A stretch of 32,000 nt of DNA, from positions 1,770,001-1,802,000 of the forward strand of contig NC_022359.1 of assembly GCF_000354175.2 (NCBI RefSeq), read 5' to 3'. The notes beneath the pieces are model-generated. The model did not search any database and was not told the origin of the DNA. It saw only the letters and a program-made list of their open reading frames with translations. This DNA is from Vibrio alginolyticus NBRC 15630 = ATCC 17749. Its GTDB lineage: Bacteria; Pseudomonadota; Gammaproteobacteria; Enterobacterales; Vibrionaceae. A program made the position numbers and the translations under genes. This document shows, piece by piece, positions 1 through 9,855 of the stretch (positions are counted from its first letter, which is position 1; every line of letters starts with the position of its first letter).

Positions 1-94
1 ATGCTGTAGTTTCGTAAAGGTATAACCCACCCGCTTGCGCAGCAGCACAAGTCAGTAGAGAGCTCGCTACGACGATTTTTGAAAGATTTTTCAT
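1..94 (-). CDS. 5' end of a signal-peptide protein gene running off the window start (possibly a FadL/OMPP1-type outer-membrane channel)
   Basis: ATG at 94-92 on the minus strand. The translation MKNLSKIVVASSLLTCAAAQAGGLYLYETTA has a basic N-terminus, a hydrophobic core and an AQA-type cleavage site. A weak AGG lies 7 nt upstream. It is absent from the ORF track only because it is truncated. The family guess rests solely on the GGLYLYE start of the mature protein. Confidence 0.35.
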   Translation of the reverse strand, partial: MKNLSKIVVASSLLTCAAAQAGGLYLYETTA

Positions 95-214
95 GTTAAA
101 ACCTATTATTGTTAGGGGAACCCACGCTGCGACGGTGGTTGTATATCAATGAAAGGCATTGGCCAATCGCACACAGCGTGGGGGTGTTGTGGAGTCAGTC
201 AGTTGAAATCAGCG

Positions 215-3200
215 TTATTGCTCGCTCACCTCAAGTTCAGTGGGTTTCTTTCGCTTAAACTTCTCGCGCAGAGATTGCATCATCACGAAGAACACTGGCG
301 TCAGTAACGTGCCAACAAACGTAGAGAGAATCATGCCGCCGAATACCGCAAAGCCCAGTGAGTGACGAGATGCCGCACCGGCACCCGATGCAATCACCAA
401 CGGGAATACCCCCCAGATGAAGGCAAATGCGGTCATCTGTACTGCTCGGAAACGGATTCGAGCAGCTTCTTTGGCAGCATCAATGATGGATAAGCCCTTT
501 TCTTCTCGCAGAACTTTGGCAAATTCCACGATAAGAATCGCCACTTTGGCGGACATACCGATCAAGATGACCACACCAATCTGCACATACAAATCGAACG
601 GTTGTCCCACCAGCAGTAGCGTGCCCATTGCGCCGAGAATCGCGACTGGAACCGCCATCATTACCGCAGCAGGAATGGTCCAACTTTCGTACTGAGCCAC
701 CAAGAACAAGTAGGTGAACAGCAAAGACAATGCGAACGCGATTGGTGCCATGTTGCCTGCTTTCATCTCTTGGTAAGTCATGCCTGACCACTCGTACGAG
801 TAACCACTTGGCAAAGATTCTGCAGCCAGTTTTTCAATGGCTTTTACAACATCACCCGAGCTGTAGCCTGGCGCTGGCGCACCGTTCACGGTTGCAGAAC
901 TGAACATGTTGTAGTTCGACAAGGTATCAGGGCCGAAGATCGGCTTCACTTTCACTAGCGTTGCCAGTGACACCATTTTTCCAGAGCTAGAACGAACAAA
1001 CAGATGGTCGATGTCGTCGATGTTGTCACGATATTGCTCTTCTGCTTGCACTTTCACTTGGTACGAACGACCAAACAAGTTGAAGTCAGAAATGTAGGCA
1101 CCGCCCAACTGCGCTTGCAGTGTGCTGAAGATTTCATTCAACGGTACGCCCATCGAAATCGCTTTATCGCGGTCAATATCGATGTAACGTTGCGGAATGT
1201 TGGCACGGAAAATCGAGAACGCACGCGCCACTTCAGGCAGTTGGTTGATTTGGGCAACAAAATCAGCGGTTGTTTTTGCCAACTCTTGTGGAGAACGGCC
1301 CAAGTTGTCTTGCAGCACAAGGTTGAAACCATCTACCGCACCCATACCTTTGATTGCCGGCGTCGCGAAAACGAACGAAGCGGCATCTGGTGTTGAGTTC
1401 AGCATTTGGTTAACTTTATTCATCAATGCGCGTTGGTGTAGCTCAGGGTCTTTACGTTTGCTCCAGTTATCCAGTTTGATGATCAACATGCCCGAGTTTG
1501 GAATCGACGCCATGTTAATTACCGAGAAGCCCGCAACCGAAACCACGTTCTCCACACCTTCCATCTGTTTTAGTTCATCAACGTACTTCTTCATTAATGG
1601 TGCAGTACGCTGCAATGCTGCTGCGTCTGGCAAACGCATTTCGACCATGAACACGCCTTTGTCTTCGTTCGGTACGAAAGAGGAAGGTACGGTCATGAAC
1701 GCAAATGCCAGCACCGCAATAAGCGCGCCATACACACCGATACTCAGCACAATACGACGGCTCAAGAAGCCAACTAAACCTTGGTATTTGCGCGTTATTG
1801 CTTCAAAACCTCGATTAAACGCACGCAAAGGCGCAATAGGTTGCGAGTGAGTTGATTTCAACATCAACGCACAAAGCGCTGGCGTTAACGTTAATGCGTT
1901 GATCGCAGAGATCAGCACCGACACACAGATGGTGACTGCGAACTGGTTGAACATTCGACCGGAAATACCCGGCAATAGCGCAACCGGTACGAATACCGCC
2001 AACAAAATAAGCGTTGTTGCCAATACTGGCCCCGTCACTTCTTTCATAGCTTGGATCGTGGCCGGAATCGAGTCTAAATGCTCTTCATGGATAACCCGCT
2101 CCACGTTCTCTACCACGATGATCGCATCGTCCACCACGATACCGATGGCGAGGATCAAGCCAAACAACGAGATCGTGTTAATGGTCATGCCAATCACGCC
2201 CATGATTGCGAACGTCGCAATGATGGAAACCGGAATCGCAAAGGTTGGAATGATGGTCGCTCGCCAGTTCTGCAAGAAAACATACACAACGAAGGTGACA
2301 AGAAGTACCGCAATCACCAACGTCTCGTACACTTCATCAATCGATGTCTCTACGTATTCGGTAGAGTCATAAGCGATGTCGTAAACCAAATCATCTGGGA
2401 ACGATTTCTCGTACTCTTTCATTGCCTCTTTCACGCGTTCCATCACGTCTAGCGCGTTCGCTGTCGGCAACTGGTACAATGCCAGAACGGCGGCTGGTTC
2501 GTTATTCATACGACCATCAGCTTCGTAACCTTGTGCGCCAACTTCCACACGAGCCACATCTTTCAAGCGAATCAAAGAACCTTTCTTGCTCGCGCGGATG
2601 ATGATGTTCTCGAACTCTTCCGCAGAAGTAAGGCGGCCTTTGGTTTGCAAAACATATTGATATTGCTGGTCACCCGGAGCTGGCATACCACCGATCTTAC
2701 CCGCCGCCACTTGGATGTTTTGCGTTTTAATTGCGCCAATAACATCGCTAGCAGAAAGCTTCAAGGTAGCCAGTTTATTTGGGTTCAACCAAATACGCAT
2801 TGAGTAGTCTTTCTTACCCAGCAGCGTAATGTCACTCATACCTTCGATACGTTTTAGACGCTCGACAATATTGAGATCCGCGTAGTTAGAAAGGTAGATA
2901 CTGTCGTGAGACTGTTTCGGAGAACGCAGTGTGATAACGCCCAGCATGTCGGAAGATTTCTTCTTAACCGTCACACCGATTTGGTTTACTTCTTGTGGTA
3001 GAGACGACGTCGCCTGTGCCACCAAGTTGTTCACACGAACCTGCGCCATATCGCCATCTGCGCCCACTCGGAAGTAAATACGCAATGTGTATGAGCCATC
3101 GTTACCAATCACAGAAGACATGTAAATCATGTCTTCAACGCCGTTGACTTTGGCTTCTATCGGTTGTGCTACGGTCTTTTTAACCACGTCCGCGTTTGCC

Positions 3201-3355
3201 CCCGGATACATGGTGCTCACCGTAATTACCGTTGGAGAGATTTGAGGATACTCAGAAATTGGCAAGACTTTCAGGGCGATCATGCCCATCAATGTCATAG
3301 CCAGTGAGATCACCAAAGCAAACTTCGGCCGGTGAATGAAAAATTTACTTAACAT
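215..3355 (-). CDS. RND multidrug/hydrophobe efflux permease (AcrB/HAE1 family)
   Basis: 1046-aa ORF. The N-terminus MLSKFFIHRPKFALVISLAMTLMGMIAL and the 12-TM layout with two large periplasmic loops are typical of AcrB-type permeases. It starts 10 nt after the adaptor gene stop, so the two form an operon. Confidence 0.95.
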   Translation of the reverse strand: MLSKFFIHRPKFALVISLAMTLMGMIALKVLPISEYPQISPTVITVSTMYPGANADVVKKTVAQPIEAKVNGVEDMIYMSSVIGNDGSYTLRIYFRVGADGDMAQVRVNNLVAQATSSLPQEVNQIGVTVKKKSSDMLGVITLRSPKQSHDSIYLSNYADLNIVERLKRIEGMSDITLLGKKDYSMRIWLNPNKLATLKLSASDVIGAIKTQNIQVAAGKIGGMPAPGDQQYQYVLQTKGRLTSAEEFENIIIRASKKGSLIRLKDVARVEVGAQGYEADGRMNNEPAAVLALYQLPTANALDVMERVKEAMKEYEKSFPDDLVYDIAYDSTEYVETSIDEVYETLVIAVLLVTFVVYVFLQNWRATIIPTFAIPVSIIATFAIMGVIGMTINTISLFGLILAIGIVVDDAIIVVENVERVIHEEHLDSIPATIQAMKEVTGPVLATTLILLAVFVPVALLPGISGRMFNQFAVTICVSVLISAINALTLTPALCALMLKSTHSQPIAPLRAFNRGFEAITRKYQGLVGFLSRRIVLSIGVYGALIAVLAFAFMTVPSSFVPNEDKGVFMVEMRLPDAAALQRTAPLMKKYVDELKQMEGVENVVSVAGFSVINMASIPNSGMLIIKLDNWSKRKDPELHQRALMNKVNQMLNSTPDAASFVFATPAIKGMGAVDGFNLVLQDNLGRSPQELAKTTADFVAQINQLPEVARAFSIFRANIPQRYIDIDRDKAISMGVPLNEIFSTLQAQLGGAYISDFNLFGRSYQVKVQAEEQYRDNIDDIDHLFVRSSSGKMVSLATLVKVKPIFGPDTLSNYNMFSSATVNGAPAPGYSSGDVVKAIEKLAAESLPSGYSYEWSGMTYQEMKAGNMAPIAFALSLLFTYLFLVAQYESWTIPAAVMMAVPVAILGAMGTLLLVGQPFDLYVQIGVVILIGMSAKVAILIVEFAKVLREEKGLSIIDAAKEAARIRFRAVQMTAFAFIWGVFPLVIASGAGAASRHSLGFAVFGGMILSTFVGTLLTPVFFVMMQSLREKFKRKKPTELEVSEQ

Positions 3356-3365
3356 CAGTACTCAC

Positions 3366-4508
3366 TCAGCCTTGTTCACTCTGTAGCTCAACGTCTTTCA
3401 CCGTTGCACCCGGACGCACTTTTTGTAGACCATTGACGATGACTTTTTCGTTAGCCGCCAAACCAGTCAGCACAGCACGTTTCACACCGTAGGTCTGACC
3501 GAGTTCAACGTTACGACGAGACACCACGTGATCATCACCAACCACCATGACGTAGTCACCCGCTTGGTCTTGTTGAACAGCCGCCGATGGGATAAGCAAA
3601 CCATCAATGGTTTTGTTGCGCAGCTTGATGGTCAAGTTGCCATATTCACCCGGCATAAGCGCGTAAGTTGGGTTATCGAATTGTGCTTCTGCTCGAATTG
3701 AGCCTGTTTCTAAATCGATCTTGTTGCCAACGGCGTAGATCTTGCCATCAAGTGGATACAATGAGCCGTCTGAAAGCGTCAGTGTTAAATCAACATCCAG
3801 TTTGTCATCGTTACGATGAGCCACATCAATGGCACTTCTTACTCGGCGGTAGAGCTTCTCATCCACATCAAAGCCAAAGCGAATTGGGTCGATTTGAGTG
3901 ATCGAAACAAGAGGAACGAGTTGAATTTTCGAAATACGGTCACCCACTCGGAAGTTGCTGAAACCCACGCGGCCAGAGAAAGGAGCACGCACAGAGCTAA
4001 ACTCAAGATCGAGCCTTGCTGAAACCAGCGTCGCTTTCGCCTCTTCTACCGAAGCAATCGCTGCGGCGTGCGCGGCAATGGCGTCATCGTATTGCTGCTC
4101 ACTGATGCTTTTATCTTTGATGAGTTTCTTCACACGTTCTGCATCACGCGTAGTTTGAACGAGTTGTGCTTTTGCTTTTTGCAACGACGCTTTTGCATAC
4201 GCCAGTGCCGCTTTGTAAGGACGGTCGTCGATTTCAAACAGCAATTGGCCTTTTTCGACCATATCGCCATCTTTAAAATGAATCGCGGTTAATTCGCCAC
4301 CGACTCGAGGCATAATATCAACGTCATTTACCGCTTCAGTTCGACCGATAAAAGTATGATAAGGAGTGATTTTTGTTTCGGTTAGGGTAACGGTTTCAAC
4401 AGAGGGTGCTTGGGCTGTTTTCGTTGCGATATCGCCAGTTTTGCATCCTGATAGTAATGCAGAAGATATAGCAATAGATACCAACGCAAATTTATATTTG
4501 GCTTTCAT
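3366..4508 (-). CDS. RND periplasmic adaptor (membrane fusion protein, AcrA/MexA family) lipoprotein
   Basis: 380 aa with a lipoprotein signal and lipobox LLSGC. It has an AcrA-like coiled-coil hairpin (AKASLQKAKAQLVQTTRDAERVKKL...) and beta-barrel regions. It lies directly upstream of the RND permease. Confidence 0.93.
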   Translation of the reverse strand: MKAKYKFALVSIAISSALLSGCKTGDIATKTAQAPSVETVTLTETKITPYHTFIGRTEAVNDVDIMPRVGGELTAIHFKDGDMVEKGQLLFEIDDRPYKAALAYAKASLQKAKAQLVQTTRDAERVKKLIKDKSISEQQYDDAIAAHAAAIASVEEAKATLVSARLDLEFSSVRAPFSGRVGFSNFRVGDRISKIQLVPLVSITQIDPIRFGFDVDEKLYRRVRSAIDVAHRNDDKLDVDLTLTLSDGSLYPLDGKIYAVGNKIDLETGSIRAEAQFDNPTYALMPGEYGNLTIKLRNKTIDGLLIPSAAVQQDQAGDYVMVVGDDHVVSRRNVELGQTYGVKRAVLTGLAANEKVIVNGLQKVRPGATVKDVELQSEQG

Positions 4509-4525
4509 GATAAACCTACTTTATT

Positions 4526-4577
4526 TAGAAAGTGCCCTAGCCTAAATATTTAAATATATGGATAAACACACTTTCTA
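4526..4577. repeat. 9-bp inverted repeat TAGAAAGTG / CACTTTCTA flanking an AT-rich core, between the OMP gene and the RND adaptor gene
   Basis: The arms lie at 4526-4534 and 4569-4577. The 34-nt interval contains AAATATTTAAATAT. It occupies most of the 90-bp spacer upstream of the adaptor ATG (4508). Confidence 0.5.
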
Positions 4578-4598
4578 TTCTGGAAATAAACGAGGGAG

Positions 4599-5390
4599 TT
4601 AGAATTGGTAGTTAAATTCGATACGGTGATCACCATCACCGAAATTAACGTGCTCATTCCAGTTTGCAAAGTAACGAATATTTGCGCGAGGATTAATTTG
4701 ATAAGACAACGCAAACTCATGAGTCAAGATATTATCTTCACCCGCGTAATAAGTATCTTTATATTGACTAGACCCTGACAACGTATGCATATACATTGGG
4801 TTGTAGTTAATCCAGATTTTATCGGTTAATTCAATTTTTGAGTACATACCCACAACAGTGAAAGTACCTGGAATTTCATAACCTTTGTCATCACCACTAA
4901 AATCATTAGCAATAGTGACACCCGCACCAGCTAAAGGAAATAGCTGCAACATACCAAACTTAGGTAGACCTTGAATAAAGCTATAAGATGCATCTAATTT
5001 ATCGTTATCAACGTCGTAGTTTACATCTAATTGACGGCCTAGACCTTTTGCGACTTCTACTTGGAAATTACGTAGTCGGAAAGAGTCAATGCTGTCATCA
5101 ACGTTGGCATATATTGGATCGTCATTGTCGCGAATGCCAAATAGCTCACCACCAATGCCTTTCATTTCAATGATGTTCATCGCCATGGTACCAGGCTGGC
5201 TAGATTGGTAAGTTTGACCGATTTTGATGTTCGCGCCTTTATCAGTAATACCAAAGCCAGCTTGGGTGTATACCGCAAGTGGGTCAGACATATCTTGTAG
5301 TTCTTCGCTATTGTTTGTTTGCGCATAGGCAGAAGACGCGAGTTGTAGGGCTGCAACCACAATGGCAACAGACGGTTTCACTAAATTCAT
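4599..5390 (-). CDS. Putative outer-membrane beta-barrel protein, family not recognised
   Basis: 263 aa with a Sec signal peptide ending AYA|Q. It shows alternating amphipathic strand-like segments rich in Tyr/Trp/Asn. The C-terminus ...IEFNYQF ends in Phe, the typical OMP/BAM signature. Confidence 0.7.
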   Translation of the reverse strand: MNLVKPSVAIVVAALQLASSAYAQTNNSEELQDMSDPLAVYTQAGFGITDKGANIKIGQTYQSSQPGTMAMNIIEMKGIGGELFGIRDNDDPIYANVDDSIDSFRLRNFQVEVAKGLGRQLDVNYDVDNDKLDASYSFIQGLPKFGMLQLFPLAGAGVTIANDFSGDDKGYEIPGTFTVVGMYSKIELTDKIWINYNPMYMHTLSGSSQYKDTYYAGEDNILTHEFALSYQINPRANIRYFANWNEHVNFGDGDHRIEFNYQF

Positions 5391-5703
5391 AAAACTGTAT
5401 CCATTTTAATGATTATAAAATTATTCACGTCATGAGGTCATCATAAATAGCAAGCAACACAACTCGCTTTGGATAACATAAATTATCAAAGCAAATTCAA
5501 TAATGACGAAACATTCGACGTTTTAATTAAAATAAAATAAAGCATCGTAAAAGTTCAATCACCGCTACTTATATCTTATATAACTTGAAATTTGGTAATA
5601 CTAATGAAGAAGGAAATATTAAAAATTATGAAAATTCAATTATCATTAGAACAAATGATTAATTAATTTTACCATATAAATAGAGAGTGCAATGGATTTA
5701 GGT

Positions 5704-5730
5704 GATCGCGATCAATGTTTCATTTCGATC
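5704..5730. other. Cluster of three GATC (Dam) sites, two of them within the palindrome GATCGCGATC
   Basis: GATC occurs at 5704-5707, 5710-5713 and 5727-5730. These are the only GATC sites I found in the AT-rich 527-bp spacer 5391-5917. Confidence 0.6.
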
Positions 5731-5825
5731 GTACCACACTCTTCAGATTAATTAGAACATTATAATAATGTAAAAAACCTTAGTTTGATTAGCCTAGCAT
5801 CAGATTAGAATAGTAGGCCTATAAT

Positions 5826-5860
5826 AAATAAAAAGGAATCACTCTCTGTGATTCCCTTTT
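5826..5860 (-). terminator. Rho-independent terminator after the prolyl oligopeptidase gene
   Basis: Stem GGAATCAC (5835-5842) / GTGATTCC (5848-5855) with loop TCTCT. T-runs lie on both strands. Confidence 0.8.
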
Positions 5861-5917
5861 ATTATCGAGCGATAAAGCGCCGATGCGTTTCGATAACTAA
5901 AACGCAAACAATTCGCA

Positions 5918-8077
5918 CTATTGCAGTTTCTCTATTCCCATATTGAACAGTGCAAAACTATAAATATCTGCATTTGTCTCAATTATTTTACGCGTTGGTG
6001 TGCCTGCACCATGTCCTGCATTGGTTTCGATGCGAATTAAAGTCGGATTTGAACCCGCTTGCTTCGATTGCAACTCAGCAGCAAATTTGTATGAGTGAGC
6101 AGGAACAACACGGTCATCATGATCACCGGTTGTAATCAATGTTGCTGGGTATTCCACCCCCGCTTTTACATTGTGCACTGGCGAATAACCTTTCAGATAT
6201 TGGAACATCTCTTTACTTTGCTCTGCCGTACCGTAGTCATACGCCCAACCAGCACCTGCGGTAAAAGTATGGTAACGCAGCATATCCAGTACGCCGACTG
6301 CTGGCAGCGCCACTTTAAACAGATCTGGACGTTGCGTCATAACTGCCCCCACTAACAAGCCACCATTCGATCCACCGTTAATGGCTAACTTGTTTGATGA
6401 CGTTACCTTTTCATCCATTAGGAATTCAGCCGCCGCAATAAAGTCATCAAACACATTTTGCTTTTGCATTTGAATGCCAGCGTTGTGCCACTCTTTACCA
6501 TACTCCCCACCGCCACGAATGTTCGCTACCGCGTAAACACCACCAAGCTCCAACCAAGCTGCACGTGTCGGGCTAAAAGATGGTGTGAGGCTAATGTTGA
6601 AACCGCCATAACCATATAGGATGGTTGGTGCACTGCCGTCCATCGGTGTCCCTTTTTTATAGGTGATGATCATCGGCACTTTTGTTCCGTCTTTTGAGGT
6701 GTAAAACACCTGGCGAGAGTCATACAAAGCTGGATCAAATGGCGCTTTAGATTTGTAGTACACCTCGCTATCACCATCTTTGATGTTCAGACGATACGTA
6801 GTGCTTGGCATCTTGTAGTTGGTGAAAGAATAGTAGACTTCGGTTTCTTCTTTTTTACCCGAGAAACCGTATGCACTGCCAATATCAGGCAATTTGATTT
6901 CTCGGATGAGTTTGCCGTTCATGTCGTATTGCTTCACCATCGAGATCGCATCAACAATATAACTCGCAAACAAATTGCCACCCGCGGTAGAAACGCGTAA
7001 CACATTCTTTGTTTCAGGGATCAAATCTTTCCAGTTTTTGGGCTGCGGCTGACTCGCATCCACCGTCACGACGCGTTTGTTCGGCGCGTTAAGGTTCGTA
7101 ACCAAGTACAGCTTCGTGCCTTGGTTGTCTATTACCCAAGTATCAGAACTGGTGTTATCTAAAATGGTTTTAAGTGGGCTGTTTGGCTTACTCAGATCTT
7201 TAAAGAACAGTTTGTTACCCGATGTCGATACGCTGGCTGAGATAAACAAGTAGCGTTCATCATCCGACGTATAGCCGCCAACATAACGGTATTTCTCTTC
7301 CTCAAACCCGCCGAAAATCAGTTGGTCTTCACTTTGTTTCGTCCCAAGCTTATGAAAGTAGAGCTTGTGTTGATCTGTCTTCGCGGAGAGTTCACTCCCC
7401 TGTGGCTTGTCATAACTTGAGTAATAGAAACCTTGATTGCCGAGCCAACTGATGCCGCTGAACTTAATATCCACCAGCGTTTCACCGACTGGCTTTTTGG
7501 TTTCTGTGTCTAACACAATGACTTTGCGCCAATCGCTACCGCCTTCCGAAATGCTGTATGCAACCAAAGATCCATCTCGTGAAAAGCTCACTCCCGCTAA
7601 CGATGTGGTGCCATCTTCACTAAAAGTATTTGGATCGAGGAAAATTTCTGCTTCGCCATCACCTAACTGCCGATAAAGCACATCTTGGTTTTGTAGCCCG
7701 TCATTTTTGTAGAAATAAGTGAACTTACCCTCTTTGAACGGTTGGCTTTGCTTTTCGTAGTCCATGAGCTTAGTGATGCGCTCTTCAATCTGCTCGCGGT
7801 AAGGGATTTTCGACAGATAATCAAACGTCACTGCATTTTGTGCCTTAACCCATTCTGCGGTTTCTGGGCTGAGATCGTCTTCCAACCAGCGATAAGGATC
7901 ACTCACTTTTGTACCAAAGTAGTCATCGACAACATCCACTTTTTGTGTGGTTGGATACGTGATGGCTTTGGGGCTTACCTGTTCAACCGACGATTGCGCC
8001 GCTTCATTTGCATACGCCACAGACAACACACTTCCGAGTACGAGAGCCGTTGTGAGTGCTAGGGTATTCTTTTTCAT
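5918..8077 (-). CDS. Prolyl oligopeptidase (S9A prolyl endopeptidase), exported
   Basis: 719 aa with an N-terminal signal peptide. The size and layout fit a propeller plus alpha/beta-hydrolase. The catalytic motifs are GGSNGGLL (Ser), TGDHDDRV (Asp) and NAGHGAG (His). An AAGGA SD precedes the ATG. Confidence 0.93.
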   Translation of the reverse strand: MKKNTLALTTALVLGSVLSVAYANEAAQSSVEQVSPKAITYPTTQKVDVVDDYFGTKVSDPYRWLEDDLSPETAEWVKAQNAVTFDYLSKIPYREQIEERITKLMDYEKQSQPFKEGKFTYFYKNDGLQNQDVLYRQLGDGEAEIFLDPNTFSEDGTTSLAGVSFSRDGSLVAYSISEGGSDWRKVIVLDTETKKPVGETLVDIKFSGISWLGNQGFYYSSYDKPQGSELSAKTDQHKLYFHKLGTKQSEDQLIFGGFEEEKYRYVGGYTSDDERYLFISASVSTSGNKLFFKDLSKPNSPLKTILDNTSSDTWVIDNQGTKLYLVTNLNAPNKRVVTVDASQPQPKNWKDLIPETKNVLRVSTAGGNLFASYIVDAISMVKQYDMNGKLIREIKLPDIGSAYGFSGKKEETEVYYSFTNYKMPSTTYRLNIKDGDSEVYYKSKAPFDPALYDSRQVFYTSKDGTKVPMIITYKKGTPMDGSAPTILYGYGGFNISLTPSFSPTRAAWLELGGVYAVANIRGGGEYGKEWHNAGIQMQKQNVFDDFIAAAEFLMDEKVTSSNKLAINGGSNGGLLVGAVMTQRPDLFKVALPAVGVLDMLRYHTFTAGAGWAYDYGTAEQSKEMFQYLKGYSPVHNVKAGVEYPATLITTGDHDDRVVPAHSYKFAAELQSKQAGSNPTLIRIETNAGHGAGTPTRKIIETNADIYSFALFNMGIEKLQ

Positions 8078-8283
8078 GAAATTCCTTTTTATTTTTCTGT
8101 TGTCTTTTTGTGCAATACATCAGAACTCTACTATATATCGACAAAATGAATCTAATTTCATTAAACGAGTTGTGAAAGCCATCCTAACTCCCTCATTTCC
8201 TTCCAGTTCTACAAACTAGTAAGTGGCGGTGTAGAACTTGGGAACAATACTGAAGAGCTACGATGGCGTTTACTCTCTTTCGT

Positions 8284-9855
8284 CTAAGTCAGCTCGATTT
8301 GGCGCAAAACCCCAGACTCAGAAGCGAAATCTTGGTCGTGACTGATCAGAACAAATCCACCTTTGTATGTATTTAACGCCTGACTAAGCATTATTTTTGA
8401 CTCGAGGTCGAGATGGTTATCTGGTTCATCAAGCAGCAGCAAAGGCTGAGAATTTTGGTGGCTGACTATCAGCATCGCGAGCTTCATCTTCTCGCCACCG
8501 CTCAGTAGGCGCCCCAATCGAAACACTGCATCTCGACGAAAACCGATCCCGGCCAATAAGGTCCTCGCTTCACTTTCCGTCATCTCTTGGCAGCTCTCCA
8601 TTACGTTCTCAAGTAACGAAAGATTTGGATTCACTGCACCAAAATGTTGGTCGAGATAATACAAAGGCGTATTCACTTTCAGCTCACCACTCTGCAACGA
8701 TAACTCGCCAAGCAACGTCTTTAACAAGGTTGATTTTCCGCAGCCATTTTTCCCTTTGAGATGGACTTTGTCGTTCGCAAAAATCTGCAACGTGATAGGT
8801 GTAGAATTCCCAAAAGGTAATATACCTTCTTGTATCGACAATACTTTTCGCGAACGGTTCGGATTATCTGTAAGATAAAGCTTTTGCGCCTTGAGTTGCT
8901 CATGTCGCAATTGCAACGCCTGTTCTTTGGCTTGTAAATGCGCTTGTCTGAGTTGCTCATTCTTATTGCGATTTGAGGCGCTGGCGGTCGCACTATCCTT
9001 TTTTCCATCAAGCAAAATTTTGGGCTGACTGCCTTCTTTGCGCAGTTTGTTCCCTTGCGCGGCGCGTTGGTCTGCTTTTTCGCGATTTTTCTGGGCTTGC
9101 TCGGCTAACCGTTTTTTCTGTTTATCGACTTGCGCTAACTGCCTCTCGATCGCTTGCAGTTCAGTGCGTTTTTTCTCGGCGTACACATCGTAATTTCCAC
9201 CAAAAACTTGTAAGCCTAGGCCCGAGAGTTCCCAAATTTCCTCCATCTCTCGCAGCAGCTCACGATCGTGACTGATGAGTAAAATCGCGCCGCTGAAATG
9301 CGTCATAGACTCTATCAGCCATTGTTTCGCCTGGGTATCGAGGTGATTGGATGGTTCATCGAGAATCAAAAGCTCCGTTTCGTTTTCAAACAACTGCCAT
9401 AGCTGCAAACGTGCCAACTGACCACCACTGAGCCGAGCACAAGAGAAATCAGGGTCTTGCGGTAATCCCATCGCAGCGAGCTGCTGTTTGAGTTTTAATT
9501 CAATATCCCACTGCTCACCAACCAGTTCGAACCAATGTTCAGAAACATCACCTTGTTCAATCTGCTTTAAAGCATGCAAGACCGCATCTTTGCCCAGAAA
9601 CTGGGCGATCGATTGCTGACCTGATAGCAGATCAGACGGCTGCTGGCGATACATCATGAAAGAAGAGGGAGCAGTCACAACACCGCTGGCAGGCTGAGTT
9701 TCTCCCGCTAAAATGGAAGCCAAAAGCGACTTGCCGATGCCATTGCGCCCAACCAAACCAACACGTCGTTTAGTCATGGAACAAGAAATAGACTGGAATA
9801 GCGTATCGCCATTATCAAACTGATGGCTAACATTAAAAGCTTGTAAAACTGGCAT
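8284..9855 (-). CDS. ABC-F family ATPase (two ABC cassettes, no membrane domain)
   Basis: Walker A is GRNGIGKS / GKNGCGKS, the signatures are LSGGQ / LSGGE, and Walker B is LLILDEP / LLLLDEP. The cassettes are joined by a K/Q/R/E-rich linker of about 110 aa. The ORF-track start is a TTG at 9882. The ATG at 9855 has AGGAGG (9862-9867) 6 nt upstream and is used here. Confidence 0.9.
   Translation of the reverse strand: MPVLQAFNVSHQFDNGDTLFQSISCSMTKRRVGLVGRNGIGKSLLASILAGETQPASGVVTAPSSFMMYRQQPSDLLSGQQSIAQFLGKDAVLHALKQIEQGDVSEHWFELVGEQWDIELKLKQQLAAMGLPQDPDFSCARLSGGQLARLQLWQLFENETELLILDEPSNHLDTQAKQWLIESMTHFSGAILLISHDRELLREMEEIWELSGLGLQVFGGNYDVYAEKKRTELQAIERQLAQVDKQKKRLAEQAQKNREKADQRAAQGNKLRKEGSQPKILLDGKKDSATASASNRNKNEQLRQAHLQAKEQALQLRHEQLKAQKLYLTDNPNRSRKVLSIQEGILPFGNSTPITLQIFANDKVHLKGKNGCGKSTLLKTLLGELSLQSGELKVNTPLYYLDQHFGAVNPNLSLLENVMESCQEMTESEARTLLAGIGFRRDAVFRLGRLLSGGEKMKLAMLIVSHQNSQPLLLLDEPDNHLDLESKIMLSQALNTYKGGFVLISHDQDFASESGVLRQIELT

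Noticed and set aside
121-182. 9-bp inverted repeat CCCACGCTG / CAGCGTGGG with a 44-nt interval containing the palindrome ATTGGCCAAT, between the RND permease stop and the next gene.
   Set aside because: The loop is too long and there is no U-run, so it is not a canonical terminator. I could not find a second copy in the window to call it a repeat element. It is noted as a possible structured intergenic element, but without a supportable function.
417-2803. Seven plus-strand and minus-strand ORFs of 64-217 aa inside the RND permease gene (417-695, 480-791, 1004-1396, 1138-1332, 1197-1850, 1899-2372, 2078-2452, 2531-2803).
   Set aside because: All lie wholly within a long, confidently assigned gene. 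Their products are low-complexity or odd in composition, and none has an SD. They are shadow frames of the real CDS. The same reasoning applies to the antisense ORFs inside the adaptor, peptidase, ABC-F, kefB, amylase, collagenase, MCP, rcnA, gntP and otn genes.
5604-5666. 20-codon ORF MKKEILKIMKIQLSLEQMIN in the AT-rich spacer.
   Set aside because: No SD and no supporting structure. Short ORFs like this are expected by chance in AT-rich DNA.
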